From assembly GCF_003790525.1 (NCBI RefSeq), contig NZ_CP033635.1: a DNA stretch of 64,000 nucleotides, one strand, 5' to 3'. How positions within the stretch are numbered: the first letter of the stretch is position 1; the number at the start of each line of letters is the position of its first letter. This DNA is from Escherichia coli (lineage in GTDB: Bacteria > Pseudomonadota > Gammaproteobacteria > Enterobacterales > Enterobacteriaceae). The notes beneath the pieces were generated by a model. It was not told where the DNA came from and ran no database searches. It was given only the letters and a program-made list of their open reading frames with translations. The position numbers were made by a program, and so were the translations under genes. Below, one piece after another: positions 48,594 to 59,361 of the stretch.

Positions 48594-48724
48594 ATGAATA
48601 CTAACGTTTTTCGACTGCTCCTGCTGGGAAGCCTGTTCAGCCTTAGCGCCTGTGTGCAGCAAAGCGAAGTGCGGCAGATGAAACACAGCGTCAGCACACT
48701 GAACCAGGAGATGACGCAACTCAT
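48594..48724 (+). pseudogene. yajI: yajI lipoprotein gene, 5' fragment interrupted by an IS insertion
   Basis: MNTNVFRLLLLGSLFSLSAC (lipobox) ... EMTQL then the reading frame runs into IS-derived sequence and stops; the remaining ~134 codons resume at ~50473. Confidence 0.75.
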
Positions 48725-48766
48725 TGACATCCTCCACGCCCTGAAGGACGTGGATCCCTGCTACGT

Positions 48767-49975
48767 TCAGGCTGTCGCCTGAATCATTTCGGTGGGTTCC
48801 TGCTTCAACGGGCGGCCTGACTGCACCATCCCTCCACAGGCAAGAACGGCGTGCCCCGCCGCTAAAATGTTACGAGCGCCATTTACATCGGCGTTCGCTG
48901 TATATCCACATACCTGGCATCTGAATTGACTTTGTGACAGGCGATTTTCTTTCGCTGTATGACCACAGCACGTGCAACGCTGGCTTGTGTACGCTGGCGG
49001 AACAGCAAGCACCTGACCGCCACGCCAGAGCTGCTTGTACTCAAGCTGGCGGCGCATTTCATACCAGCCCTGATCCAGTACCGAACGGTTTAAACCTGAT
49101 TTTGCCCGGACATTGCGTCCCGGCTGGCTGACCGTACCCGCTGCTGACTTTGACATGTTGCTGACCTTCAAATCCTCAATGACTATCATTGCGTGGTTTT
49201 TGCTGACGGTCGTTGTGACTTTGTGAAGGTAGTCCCTGCGGATATTTGCGATACGGGAATGCAGTCGCTGTATTTTGCGTTTCTGCTTCTGCCAGTTATT
49301 GCTGAATTCGACCTTGCGGCTTAACTGTCGCTGAAGTCTCGCCAGCGTCTTCTGGTTTTTCTGAAAACTGTTTACAGGCTCAAAGACTGTGCCATCTGAC
49401 AGCGTGGCGAGTTTAGCCACGCCAGCATCCAGCCCGACCATTGATGCTGAAGGGTGAACCGGAGTGGATACTTCACTTTCTGTCTGAATACTGATGTACC
49501 ACTTACCGCAGGACTGGCTGACAGTGACATTTTTCACAACACCCGTGACCTGGCGGCTGTTCCGGTAGCGCATCCAGCCCAGTTTCGGCAGAAAAATACG
49601 GCTGTTTTCCTGATCGAGCTTAACGCCCTGCGGGTAGCGGAATGCATCATTCTGTCCCCGCTTTTTGAATCGGGGAAAAGCAGCCCGCTTCTGGAAGAAG
49701 TTTTTGTAAGCCCGCTCAAGGTCTTTCAGTGACTGTTGCAATGGCTGTGAGGGCGAATCTTTAAGCCATTGCGTTCCAGTGGCGTTTTTCCACTCAACCA
49801 GCCAGGAAGCCATTTTCCCGTAAGGGATGTATTTATTACCGGCCTCATGATTCTCATTCTGAAGCGCCAGAGCACGATTGAAAACGAAACGACATGCGCC
49901 TGCGAAGCGCCTCATTTCATGCTCCTGTTGACCACCGGGTCTTAACTGGAATTTAAATGCCTGTAGTCGTTTCAC
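48767..49975 (-). CDS. tnpB: IS605-family TnpB (OrfB; RuvC-like RNA-guided endonuclease family)
   Basis: 402 aa uninterrupted; N-terminal [13 protein letters not shown]...RFVFN; RuvC-I LDAGV, RuvC-II IEDL, zinc finger CTCCGH...CQVCG, Ruv[12 protein letters not shown]. Confidence 0.85.
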   Translation of the reverse strand: MKRLQAFKFQLRPGGQQEHEMRRFAGACRFVFNRALALQNENHEAGNKYIPYGKMASWLVEWKNATGTQWLKDSPSQPLQQSLKDLERAYKNFFQKRAAFPRFKKRGQNDAFRYPQGVKLDQENSRIFLPKLGWMRYRNSRQVTGVVKNVTVSQSCGKWYISIQTESEVSTPVHPSASMVGLDAGVAKLATLSDGTVFEPVNSFQKNQKTLARLQRQLSRKVEFSNNWQKQKRKIQRLHSRIANIRRDYLHKVTTTVSKNHAMIVIEDLKVSNMSKSAAGTVSQPGRNVRAKSGLNRSVLDQGWYEMRRQLEYKQLWRGGQVLAVPPAYTSQRCTCCGHTAKENRLSQSQFRCQVCGYTANADVNGARNILAAGHAVLACGGMVQSGRPLKQEPTEMIQATA

Positions 49976-49997
49976 AGGTCAAATTATATTTTGGTCT

Positions 49998-50470
49998 GTG
50001 AAAAAAGAAACCGATATCCGGCGTGGAAGGCATTGTGTTTTCCTGATGCATGTTCACCTGGTCTTTGTCCCAAATACCGACGCCAGATTTTTGACCATGA
50101 CGCGACAGAAAAACTACGCACTTACTTTTCAAATGTATGTGCTGATTTTGAAGCTGAACGGGTTGAAATGGATGGCGAACCAGATCACGTCCATTTGTTA
50201 ATTAACTATCCTCCCAAACTGGCGATATCCAGTCTGGTAAACAGCCTCAAAGGTGTATCGGGTAGGTGACTGCGACGAGATCGACCAGATATTGCAGTCA
50301 GGTATTACTACAAAGGCGTTTTGTGGAGTCCTGGCTATTTTGCCAGTAGCTGCGGAGGTGCGCCAATATCCGTCATCCGCCAATACATTGAACAACAGCA
50401 AACACCTGGTCAGGTGGAAAACCGCGCCTTATATCCCCGCCCTGAAGGACGGGGTTTTACGGCGCACCGG
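49998..50470 (+). pseudogene. tnpA: IS200-type Y1 (HUH) transposase TnpA, disrupted by multiple frameshifts
   Basis: TnpA-like segments spread over three frames: HVHLVFVP / PKYRRQIF...HVHLLINYPPKLAISSLVNSLKG / WSPGYFASSCGGAPISVIRQYIEQQ. Confidence 0.7.
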
Positions 50471-50472
50471 AT

Positions 50473-50880
50473 AAAGAAACCGTCAAAATCACTCAGCAAA
50501 ACAGGCTGAATGCAAAATCCAGCAGTGGGGTTTACCTTCTGCCTGGAGCGAAAACACCGGCAAGACTGGAAAGCCAGATCGGTACTTTACGTATGTCGCT
50601 AGTGAATATTACGCATGATACAGATGGCACCACCCTGACGCTACGTATTCAGGGCGAGTCGAATGACCCCTTGCCCGCATTCAGCGGAACTGTTGAATAT
50701 GGGCAAATTCAGGGAACAATAGACAACTTTCAGGAAATCAATTTGCAGAATCAATTGATTAATGCCCCTGCCAGCGTCCTCGTCCCCAGCGATGTTGATA
50801 TTCCGTTACAGTTAAAGGGGATTTCTGTAGAACAGTTAGACTTTGTACGTATCCACGACATTCAACCTGTTATGCAGTAA
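50473..50880 (+). pseudogene. yajI: yajI lipoprotein gene, 3' fragment downstream of the IS insertion
   Basis: In-frame ETVKITQQNRLNAKSS...DIQPVMQ continues the YajI sequence; ORF-track Met at 50593 is internal. Confidence 0.75.
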
Positions 50881-51178
50881 ACGTATAGCGGGGCGATTTT
50901 GTGCGTCCCGCAACATCTTTTCCCGTCATTTTGTTACTCCGCTTACATCACCTGGATTGATAGTAAAAGTTTGCAACAAGGGTGAAAGTCAGTACAATCC
51001 CCGCCCGAATGTGTGTAAACGTGAACGCAATCGATTACGTAAATGATAGAACTGTGAAACGAAACATATTTTTGTGAGCAATGATTTTTATAATAGGCTC
51101 CTCTGTATACGAAATATTTAGAAACGCAATTTGCGCCTTTTTCACTCCCGCAAGGGATTTTCAAACAGTGGCATACAT

Positions 51179-52063
51179 ATGAAAAAAACATTACTGGCAG
51201 CCGGTGCGGTACTGGCGCTCTCTTCGTCTTTTACTGTCAACGCAGCTGAAAACGACAAACCGCAGTATCTTTCCGACTGGTGGCACCAGAGCGTTAACGT
51301 TGTCGGAAGCTATCACACCCGTTTCGGACCGCAGATCCGCAACGATACCTACCTTGAGTACGAAGCATTCGCTAAAAAAGACTGGTTCGACTTCTATGGT
51401 TATGCGGATGCGCCGGTATTCTTCGGCGGTAACTCCGATGCAAAAGGTATCTGGAACCACGGTTCTCCGCTGTTTATGGAAATCGAACCGCGTTTCTCCA
51501 TCGACAAACTGACCAATACTGACCTTAGCTTCGGTCCGTTCAAAGAGTGGTACTTCGCGAACAACTACATTTACGACATGGGTCGTAATAAAGATGGTCG
51601 CCAGAGCACCTGGTACATGGGTCTGGGTACCGACATCGATACTGGTCTGCCGATGAGCCTGTCCATGAACGTCTATGCGAAATACCAGTGGCAGAACTAT
51701 GGCGCAGCGAACGAAAACGAGTGGGACGGTTACCGTTTCAAAATTAAATACTTTGTGCCGATTACCGATCTGTGGGGCGGTCAGCTGAGCTACATCGGCT
51801 TCACCAACTTCGACTGGGGTTCCGATTTAGGGGATGACAGCGGTAACGCAATCAACGGTATTAAGACCCGTACTAATAACTCTATCGCTTCCAGCCATAT
51901 TCTGGCTCTGAACTACGATCATTGGCACTACTCTGTCGTAGCTCGTTACTGGCACGACGGTGGTCAGTGGAACGACGATGCAGAACTGAACTTCGGCAAC
52001 GGCAACTTCAACGTTCGCTCTACCGGCTGGGGTGGTTACCTGGTAGTAGGTTACAACTTCTAA
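51179..52063 (+). CDS. tsx: nucleoside-specific outer membrane channel Tsx
   Basis: ORF 51131..52063; start [22 protein letters not shown] (signal peptide) gives 294 aa; C-terminal beta-barrel ending in F. Confidence 0.95.
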
Positions 52064-52071
52064 TTGTGAGA

Positions 52072-52099
52072 ATGCCGGATTTCATATCCGGCATTTTTT
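52072..52099. terminator. rho-independent terminator downstream of tsx (shared with convergent yajD)
   Basis: GCCGGAT-TTCAT-ATCCGGC followed by TTTTTTA. Confidence 0.85.
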
Positions 52100-52100
52100 A

Positions 52101-52448
52101 TCACTTCTTCTTGTTCATCATCGCTTTCAGGTCAGCGAATGGGTTGTACTTCGCTTCACCGACATCTTTCTGCGCATCTTCCCCTGCGATAACGGTCGTA
52201 CCATACTGATCCGCTTCGGTATATTTCGAATGCTCATGATCGTGGCAATAGAGACAAAGCAATTCCCAGTTACTGCCATCTTCCGGGTTATTGGTATGGT
52301 CGTGATCAATGTGGTGAACGGTAAGTTCACGCAGGTTGGAATAAACAAACTCACGGGAACAGCGACCGCAGACCCACGGATAGATTTTTAATGCTTTTTC
52401 GCGATAGCCGCTTTCTAACCGCGCATAGTTTTTTGGGATGATAGCCAT
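52101..52448 (-). CDS. yajD: HNH nuclease family protein YajD
   Basis: 115 aa; HNH/zinc motif CxxC...HH...C..CH. Confidence 0.9.
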   Translation of the reverse strand: MAIIPKNYARLESGYREKALKIYPWVCGRCSREFVYSNLRELTVHHIDHDHTNNPEDGSNWELLCLYCHDHEHSKYTEADQYGTTVIAGEDAQKDVGEAKYNPFADLKAMMNKKK

Positions 52449-52535
52449 GAAAAGTTACCTGGATGAAATGTAGGGTTACGCGCAGTTTCCCAAGATGCGG
52501 GGATTTTCGCAATCCTGAGTCAAGAAATTCTCACA

Positions 52536-52817
52536 TTACCAGTGACGGCGAGGTTCCATCAGCTGATGAAGAATGCGCGCAATGAGAATGTCATCGACTC
52601 TTATAACGTAATAAACAGTGTGAAACCTAAATGCGATCTTCTTTACCTCTGGAATCGCATCATAGTCTTGCCCTATCTCGGGCATTTGAGAGAGTGTATC
52701 CAGAAAAATGCCGAGAGAGTCGGTATAGCGATCCGCCTGCTCCTCACCAAACTTTCCCAGCGTGTAGTCATAGATCCCTCTGAAATCTTCAACAGCTTTT
52801 CCGCTAAGCTTATACAC
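52536..52817 (-). CDS. ParE/RelE-superfamily toxin of a type II toxin-antitoxin pair
   Basis: ORF 52536..52850; likely GTG start whose GTGTATAA overlaps the antitoxin stop, giving ~93 aa; ParE-like core. Confidence 0.7.
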   Translation of the reverse strand: MYKLSGKAVEDFRGIYDYTLGKFGEEQADRYTDSLGIFLDTLSQMPEIGQDYDAIPEVKKIAFRFHTVYYVIRVDDILIARILHQLMEPRRHW

Positions 52818-53052
52818 GATGTTTTTGCTTCCTTTCTGCTGCGATATCACGAAGCGTCATCGAACTTTCACCGCTCTCAAGACCTTCAATAACAGCATTT
52901 CTGACAGCTTCATCCCTGGATTCTTGTTGTTCCAATAGACGAAGCGCTGAACGCATTACTTCACTGGCCGAGCCATAACGACCAGACTGGACCATCCGTG
53001 TAATAAAACTATCTAATTGTTCGCCAACGCTTACTGAGGTAATTTTGCGCAT
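52810..53052 (-). CDS. ParD-family (RHH/CopG-like) antitoxin
   Basis: 80 aa; ...SGRYGSASEVMRSALRLLEQQE...GLESGES... typical of ParD/COG3609 antitoxins; directly upstream of and overlapping the toxin. Confidence 0.75.
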   Translation of the reverse strand: MRKITSVSVGEQLDSFITRMVQSGRYGSASEVMRSALRLLEQQESRDEAVRNAVIEGLESGESSMTLRDIAAERKQKHRV

Positions 53053-53065
53053 AAGCGATCTCCAT

Positions 53066-53082
53066 GTATTAACTATTAATAC
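53066..53082. promoter_or_regulatory. palindromic operator candidate upstream of ParD antitoxin gene
   Basis: GTATTAA-CTA-TTAATAC perfect 7-bp-arm inverted repeat 15-30 nt upstream of the parD-like start, overlapping a -10-like TATTAAT. Confidence 0.5.
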
Positions 53083-53142
53083 AAAGTATATGTCAGAACT
53101 CTTTCTACAACCAAACCGTATTCAGTTGCATGTGAAACAGGC

Positions 53143-53180
53143 AAAAAAAACCGCAGCGCAAATACGCCACGGTTTTTTTA
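53143..53180 (-). terminator. terminator downstream of secF
   Basis: On minus strand ACCGTGGCG...CGCTGCGGT imperfect hairpin followed by T8. Confidence 0.6.
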
Positions 53181-53202
53181 ACAGAACGGATTTAAAACAC
53201 CC

Positions 53203-54174
53203 TTAAGGCAGAATTGACGGCTGATCCGCCCCTTCTTTTTCCACTTTCTGCTGCAGCATGTGTTCGCGCTTCATACCCAGTTTCAGAGCCAGCGCCGATG
53301 CTACGTAGATGGAAGATGCAGTACCGATGGAAACACCGATAAGCATGGTCAGCGAGAAGCCTTCCAGTACCGGACCACCGAAGAGGTACAGCATCAGGAT
53401 AACCATCAAGGTAGTACCGGATGTGATCAAGGTACGGTGCAGCGTCTGGGTCAAGGACACGTTAAAGATTTCGTAAGGCGTACCGCGACGGATCTTGCGG
53501 AAGTTTTCACGAATACGGTCCGATACCACGATACTGTCGTTAAGCGAGTAACCGATAACTGACATCAACGATGCCACAATGGTCAGGTCAATCTCGATAT
53601 GGAATAACGACAAAATACCCAGCGTAATGATAACGTCGTGCGCCAGCGCAATAACAACCCCTGCCGCCAGTCGCCACTCAAAGCGGAAACCTACGTACAC
53701 GAGGATAGACAGCAGCGCCGCCATCAACGCCATCGCACCGGTTTGCGCAAGGTCTGCCCCCACGCTCGGCCCGACGAACTCAATACGCTTCACTGCCGCA
53801 TTCTGATTGGTGGATTCGTTAATCACCTTCAGAACCTGGCTGCCCAGCACCTGACCGCCGGTTTCGCCTTCAGCAGGCGGCATACGGACCATGATGTCGT
53901 GGCTGCTACCAAAGTTTTGCAGCATCGGCTCTTCAAAACCGGCTTTTTGCAATGCATCACGCATTACGTCAATTTCAGCCGGTTTTTCGAGCGTAATTTC
54001 AATAACCGTACCACCGGTGAAATCCAGCCCCCAGTTAAAGCCGCGCACGCCCATAATAACGATAGCGGCGATTAACAGCAGACCAGAGATGCCGAAAGCC
54101 CAGTAGTCCCAGCGCATAAAGTCATAGACTTTACGGCCGTGGTTTAGTTGTTCAACAGTATATTCCTGTGCCAC
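53203..54174 (-). CDS. secF: protein translocase subunit SecF
   Basis: ORF 53203..54219; GTG start at ..[18 protein letters not shown] gives 323 aa. Confidence 0.95.
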
Positions 54175-54184
54175 ATCGCACTCC

Positions 54185-56032
54185 TCAGATTGACAGCTTC
54201 TTGACGCGCTTGCCGCCATATAGCAGGTTTACGATGGCACGCGTACCGACAATCGCGGTAAACATCGACGTCGCCACACCGATACCGGTAGTAATCGCGA
54301 ACCCTTTAATTGCCCCGGTACCCACTGCGTACAGGATGATGACTTTAATCAGCGTGGTGATGTTCGCATCGAAGATGGAACTGAATGCGCCACGATAACC
54401 TTCATCAATTGCCTGTTGAACAGTACGTCCGTTGCTCAACTCTTCTTTAATACGTTCGTTGATCAGTACGTTCGCGTCGACCGCTACCGCAAGGGTTAAG
54501 ACGATACCCGCGATACCTGGCATACTCAGCGTTGCGCCTGGCAACAGCGACATAATACCGACGATCAAGATCAAGTTGGCAATCAGAGCACTGGTCGCAA
54601 TCAGACCAAACTTCTTATAGAAGATGATCATGAACAGAATAGAAACCAGCAGACCGGCAAGGCAAGCCTCCAGCCCCTGCTCAATGTTCTGCATACCCAG
54701 GGTCGGGCCAATTGTACGTTCTTCAACAATCTGAATCGGCGCGATCAACGCACCGGCACGCAGCAGCAGTGACAGCTGACGGGCTTCGTTCGGGTTGTTG
54801 ATGCCGGTGATACGGAAGCTGTTACCCAGACGAGACTGGATGTTAGCGATGTTAATCACCTCTTCCTGTTTCACCAGAACCGCACGACCGTTAGCATCTT
54901 TCTTGCCGCTGTCTTTGTACTCCACAAACAGGGTCGCCATCGGTTTGCCGATGTTGTCCTTGGTGAAGTTAGACATAATGTTGCCACCTGCGCTGTCGAG
55001 CGAGATGTTAACCTGCGGCTGGTTGTATTCGTCCTGGCTGGAAGTGGAGTCGGTGATATGGTCACCGGTCAGAATTACGCGTTTGTACAGCACAACCGGC
55101 TGACCTTCGCGGGTCTGTTTCACTTCAGAGTCGCCCGGTACGCGGCCGGATGCCGCAGCGGCCTGATCAACGTTGGTGTTTACCAGACGGAATTCCAGCG
55201 TTGCCGTCGCACCCAGAATCTCTTTCGCACGCGCGGTGTCCTGAATACCTGGCAGTTCAACAACGATACGGTCAGCACCCTGACGCTGAACCACCGGCTC
55301 CGCCACGCCAAGTTGGTTTACACGGTTACGCAGGATATTAATGTTCTGCTGCACCGCATATTCACGCGCTTCACTCAGACGAGCATCGCTCATTACCGCA
55401 CGCAGCTGGTTGCTGCCCTGGCTGCTAATCACCAGGTCCGGATGGCGCTTGCTCAGATACGCAATGGCTTCATCACGAGCTTTAGCATCGCGGAAAGTGA
55501 TGCTCAGGCCGTAGTTGTTTTCTTTACGAACGGTGGTATACGGGATGCCCTTTTCACGCAGGTCGCTGCGCAGGCTATCGATATTTTGTTCCTGGAGTTT
55601 GCCAAGCGCGGTGTCCATATCCACTTCCATCAGGAAGTGAACGCCGCCACGCAGGTCAAGGCCGAGCTTCATCGGCTCAGCGTGAATAGCTGCCAGCCAG
55701 CGCGGCGTTGCCGGGGCAAGGTTAAGCGCCACGACGTATTTGTCACCCATAACGCCCATTAATGCTTCACGAGCGCGCAGCTGGGTGTCAGTGGAGTCGA
55801 AGCGCGCAAGAATAGCGCCCTCTTCCAGTGCCACAGACTTAGCAGTTATTTTTTCTTCTTGTAACGTTTTCTGGACCTGGATCAGCGTTTGCTCACTGGC
55901 GGCGACTCCGCGCGCACCAGTGATCTGAACAGCCGGATCCTCACCAAACAGGTTGGGAAGCGCATACAGCAGACCGATGACAATCACCACGATCAGCATG
56001 ACGTACTTCCACAAAGGATAACGGTTTAACAC
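54185..56032 (-). CDS. secD: protein translocase subunit SecD
   Basis: 615 aa; [31 protein letters not shown]. Confidence 0.97.
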   Translation of the reverse strand: MLNRYPLWKYVMLIVVIVIGLLYALPNLFGEDPAVQITGARGVAASEQTLIQVQKTLQEEKITAKSVALEEGAILARFDSTDTQLRAREALMGVMGDKYVVALNLAPATPRWLAAIHAEPMKLGLDLRGGVHFLMEVDMDTALGKLQEQNIDSLRSDLREKGIPYTTVRKENNYGLSITFRDAKARDEAIAYLSKRHPDLVISSQGSNQLRAVMSDARLSEAREYAVQQNINILRNRVNQLGVAEPVVQRQGADRIVVELPGIQDTARAKEILGATATLEFRLVNTNVDQAAAASGRVPGDSEVKQTREGQPVVLYKRVILTGDHITDSTSSQDEYNQPQVNISLDSAGGNIMSNFTKDNIGKPMATLFVEYKDSGKKDANGRAVLVKQEEVINIANIQSRLGNSFRITGINNPNEARQLSLLLRAGALIAPIQIVEERTIGPTLGMQNIEQGLEACLAGLLVSILFMIIFYKKFGLIATSALIANLILIVGIMSLLPGATLSMPGIAGIVLTLAVAVDANVLINERIKEELSNGRTVQQAIDEGYRGAFSSIFDANITTLIKVIILYAVGTGAIKGFAITTGIGVATSMFTAIVGTRAIVNLLYGGKRVKKLSI

Positions 56033-56059
56033 GGCAATTCCCTTAGGGAAAAATTTTAA

Positions 56060-56392
56060 TTACAGCGCCTTCATGGTGCCTTTCGGCAGGACGGCAGCTA
56101 CGAAGTCACGTTTAATAACTACTTCAGTGGTGTCATTCAGCGCGATAGCAATGTAGCCGTTTTCCGCTACTTTGGTTACGCGACCAACCAGGCCACCGTT
56201 CGTCAGAACTTCATCACCTTTGGCAATGGAGTCCATCAGCTTTTTGTGTTCTTTGGTGCGCTTCTGCTGTGGACGCAGGATCATGAAATAGAAAATCAGA
56301 CCGAATACCACCAGCATCAAAATCAAAGACATCGGGCTACCTTGCGCCGGTGCACCCGTTGCCGCTACCGCATCAGAAATAAAAAAGCTCAT
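56060..56392 (-). CDS. yajC: Sec translocon accessory protein YajC
   Basis: ORF to 56422; start MSFFISDAVAAT gives 110 aa. Confidence 0.95.
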   Translation of the reverse strand: MSFFISDAVAATGAPAQGSPMSLILMLVVFGLIFYFMILRPQQKRTKEHKKLMDSIAKGDEVLTNGGLVGRVTKVAENGYIAIALNDTTEVVIKRDFVAAVLPKGTMKAL

Positions 56393-56414
56393 TAAATTTC
56401 CCTCATTATTAATA

Positions 56415-57557
<1,143 letters not shown>

Positions 57558-57596
57558 TCAGAAAAACAGTCCAACGTTTAAACCAGCGCCGCGGAA

Positions 57597-58667
57597 TTAC
57601 TCCCCAACGCGCTCATTAATTGCCTGCGGATTGTACGTGATAAACATCGCATCACCGTAACTAAAAAAGCGATATTTCTCTTCTACCGCTGCTTTATAGG
57701 CATTCATGGTGTGTTGGTAACCGGCAAAGGCCGAAACCAGCATAATCAACGTCGATTCCGGCAGGTGGAAGTTAGTCACCAGCGCATCGACCACTTTGTA
57801 CTGGAAGCCGGGATAGATAAAGATTTGGGTATCGTCAAAGAACGGTTCGATGAGATCGTTTTTCGCCGCCTGGGCCGCGCTTTCCAGCGAACGTACCGAG
57901 GTGGTGCCAACCGCAATCACCCGATTTCCACGCGCTTTCGCCGCCAGTACCGCGTCAACCACATCCTGCGGCACTTCTGCATATTCCGAGTGCATGATGT
58001 GGTCTTCAATGGTGTCGACGCGCACCGGCTGGAAGGTGCCCGCACCAACGTGCAGGGTGACAAACGCCATCTCCACGCCTTTGGCGCGTAATTTTTCCAG
58101 CAAAGGTTCGTCAAAATGCAGACCAGCGGTCGGGGCTGCAACCGCGCCCGGTTTTTCGCTATAAACGGTTTGATAAAGTTCGCGGTCAGCGTCTTCGTCC
58201 GGACGGTCGATATACGGCGGCAGCGGCATATGGCCGATGCTGTTGAGGATATCCAGTACCGAACGATCATCATTAAATTCGACTTCAAACAGTGCGCCGT
58301 GGCGCGCGGTCATTGTTGCGTTAATACTTTCGTCATCGCCCAGCAACAGTTCTGCGCCAGGTTTTGGCGCTTTCGAGGCGCGAATATGCGCAAGAATGCG
58401 TTTGTCGTCGAGCATCCGCTCAACCAGCACTTCAATCTTGCCGCCGCTGGCTTTACGCCCAAACAGACGCGCCGGGATCACGCGGGTATTATTAAAAACC
58501 AGAAGATCGCCGGGGTTGAGCTTATCGAGTAAATCGGTGAAAGTACCGTGCGTCAGCGCGCCCGTCGGCCCGTCCAGCGACAGTAAACGACAGCTACTGC
58601 GTTCAGGCATGGGATAGTGGGCAATCAGGGATTCGGGCAATTCAAAGGAGAAATCGGTAACGCGCAT
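57597..58667 (-). CDS. queA: S-adenosylmethionine:tRNA ribosyltransferase-isomerase QueA
   Basis: 356 aa; [19 protein letters not shown]. Confidence 0.97.
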   Translation of the reverse strand: MRVTDFSFELPESLIAHYPMPERSSCRLLSLDGPTGALTHGTFTDLLDKLNPGDLLVFNNTRVIPARLFGRKASGGKIEVLVERMLDDKRILAHIRASKAPKPGAELLLGDDESINATMTARHGALFEVEFNDDRSVLDILNSIGHMPLPPYIDRPDEDADRELYQTVYSEKPGAVAAPTAGLHFDEPLLEKLRAKGVEMAFVTLHVGAGTFQPVRVDTIEDHIMHSEYAEVPQDVVDAVLAAKARGNRVIAVGTTSVRSLESAAQAAKNDLIEPFFDDTQIFIYPGFQYKVVDALVTNFHLPESTLIMLVSAFAGYQHTMNAYKAAVEEKYRFFSYGDAMFITYNPQAINERVGE

Positions 58668-58759
58668 GACACTGACTCAGACTAAAATAAGAGGCGGGTA
58701 GTCTAGTGCCGGGGCGCTCTCCCTGCAACCTTTACCCCCCTTTGGATAGAATATAATCG

Positions 58760-59341
58760 ATGAATTTTTTAGCTCACCTGCATTTAGCCCATCTCGCGGA
58801 AAGCTCGCTTTCCGGCAATTTGCTGGCTGATTTCGTACGCGGAAATCCTGAAGAAAGTTTTCCGCCCGACGTCGTGGCTGGCATTCATATGCATCGGCGT
58901 ATCGACGTACTAACCGACAATCTGCCGGAAGTCCGCGAAGCACGGGAATGGTTTCGTAGTGAAACTCGCCGCGTTGCGCCTATTACGCTGGATGTCATGT
59001 GGGATCACTTTCTTTCCCGCCACTGGTCGCAGCTGTCGCCGGACTTTCCGCTACAGGAATTTGTCTGTTATGCCCGCGAGCAAGTGATGACGATTTTGCC
59101 GGACTCACCGCCACGTTTTATCAATCTGAACAATTACTTGTGGTCAGAGCAGTGGCTGGTGCGCTATCGCGATATGGATTTCATCCAGAACGTGTTAAAC
59201 GGCATGGCAAGCCGTCGCCCACGTCTGGATGCCCTGCGTGACTCCTGGTACGATTTAGACGCCCATTACGATGCTCTCGAAACCCGCTTCTGGCAGTTTT
59301 ATCCGCGGATGATGGCGCAGGCGTCACGCAAGGCGCTCTGA
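58760..59341 (+). CDS. acpH: acyl carrier protein phosphodiesterase AcpH (YajB)
   Basis: 193 aa; [17 protein letters not shown]. Confidence 0.95.
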   Translation: MNFLAHLHLAHLAESSLSGNLLADFVRGNPEESFPPDVVAGIHMHRRIDVLTDNLPEVREAREWFRSETRRVAPITLDVMWDHFLSRHWSQLSPDFPLQEFVCYAREQVMTILPDSPPRFINLNNYLWSEQWLVRYRDMDFIQNVLNGMASRRPRLDALRDSWYDLDAHYDALETRFWQFYPRMMAQASRKAL

Positions 59342-59361
59342 AACTTCAAGCTCCGGCGTCA

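Larger units (their letters stand above)
48725..50472. mobile_element. IS200/IS605-family insertion sequence (about 1.75 kb), divergent tnpB and degenerate tnpA, inserted in yajI
   Basis: Boundaries inferred from where the yajI reading frame is broken and resumes; contains a TnpB ORF and frameshifted TnpA fragments; no terminal inverted repeats noted, as expected for this family. Confidence 0.7.

Noticed and set aside
49998-50509. Possibility that tnpA is an intact gene
   Set aside because: The TnpA-like sequence is only recovered by joining at least three reading frames; no single ORF covers the HUH motif and the C-terminal catalytic region, so it is called a pseudogene.
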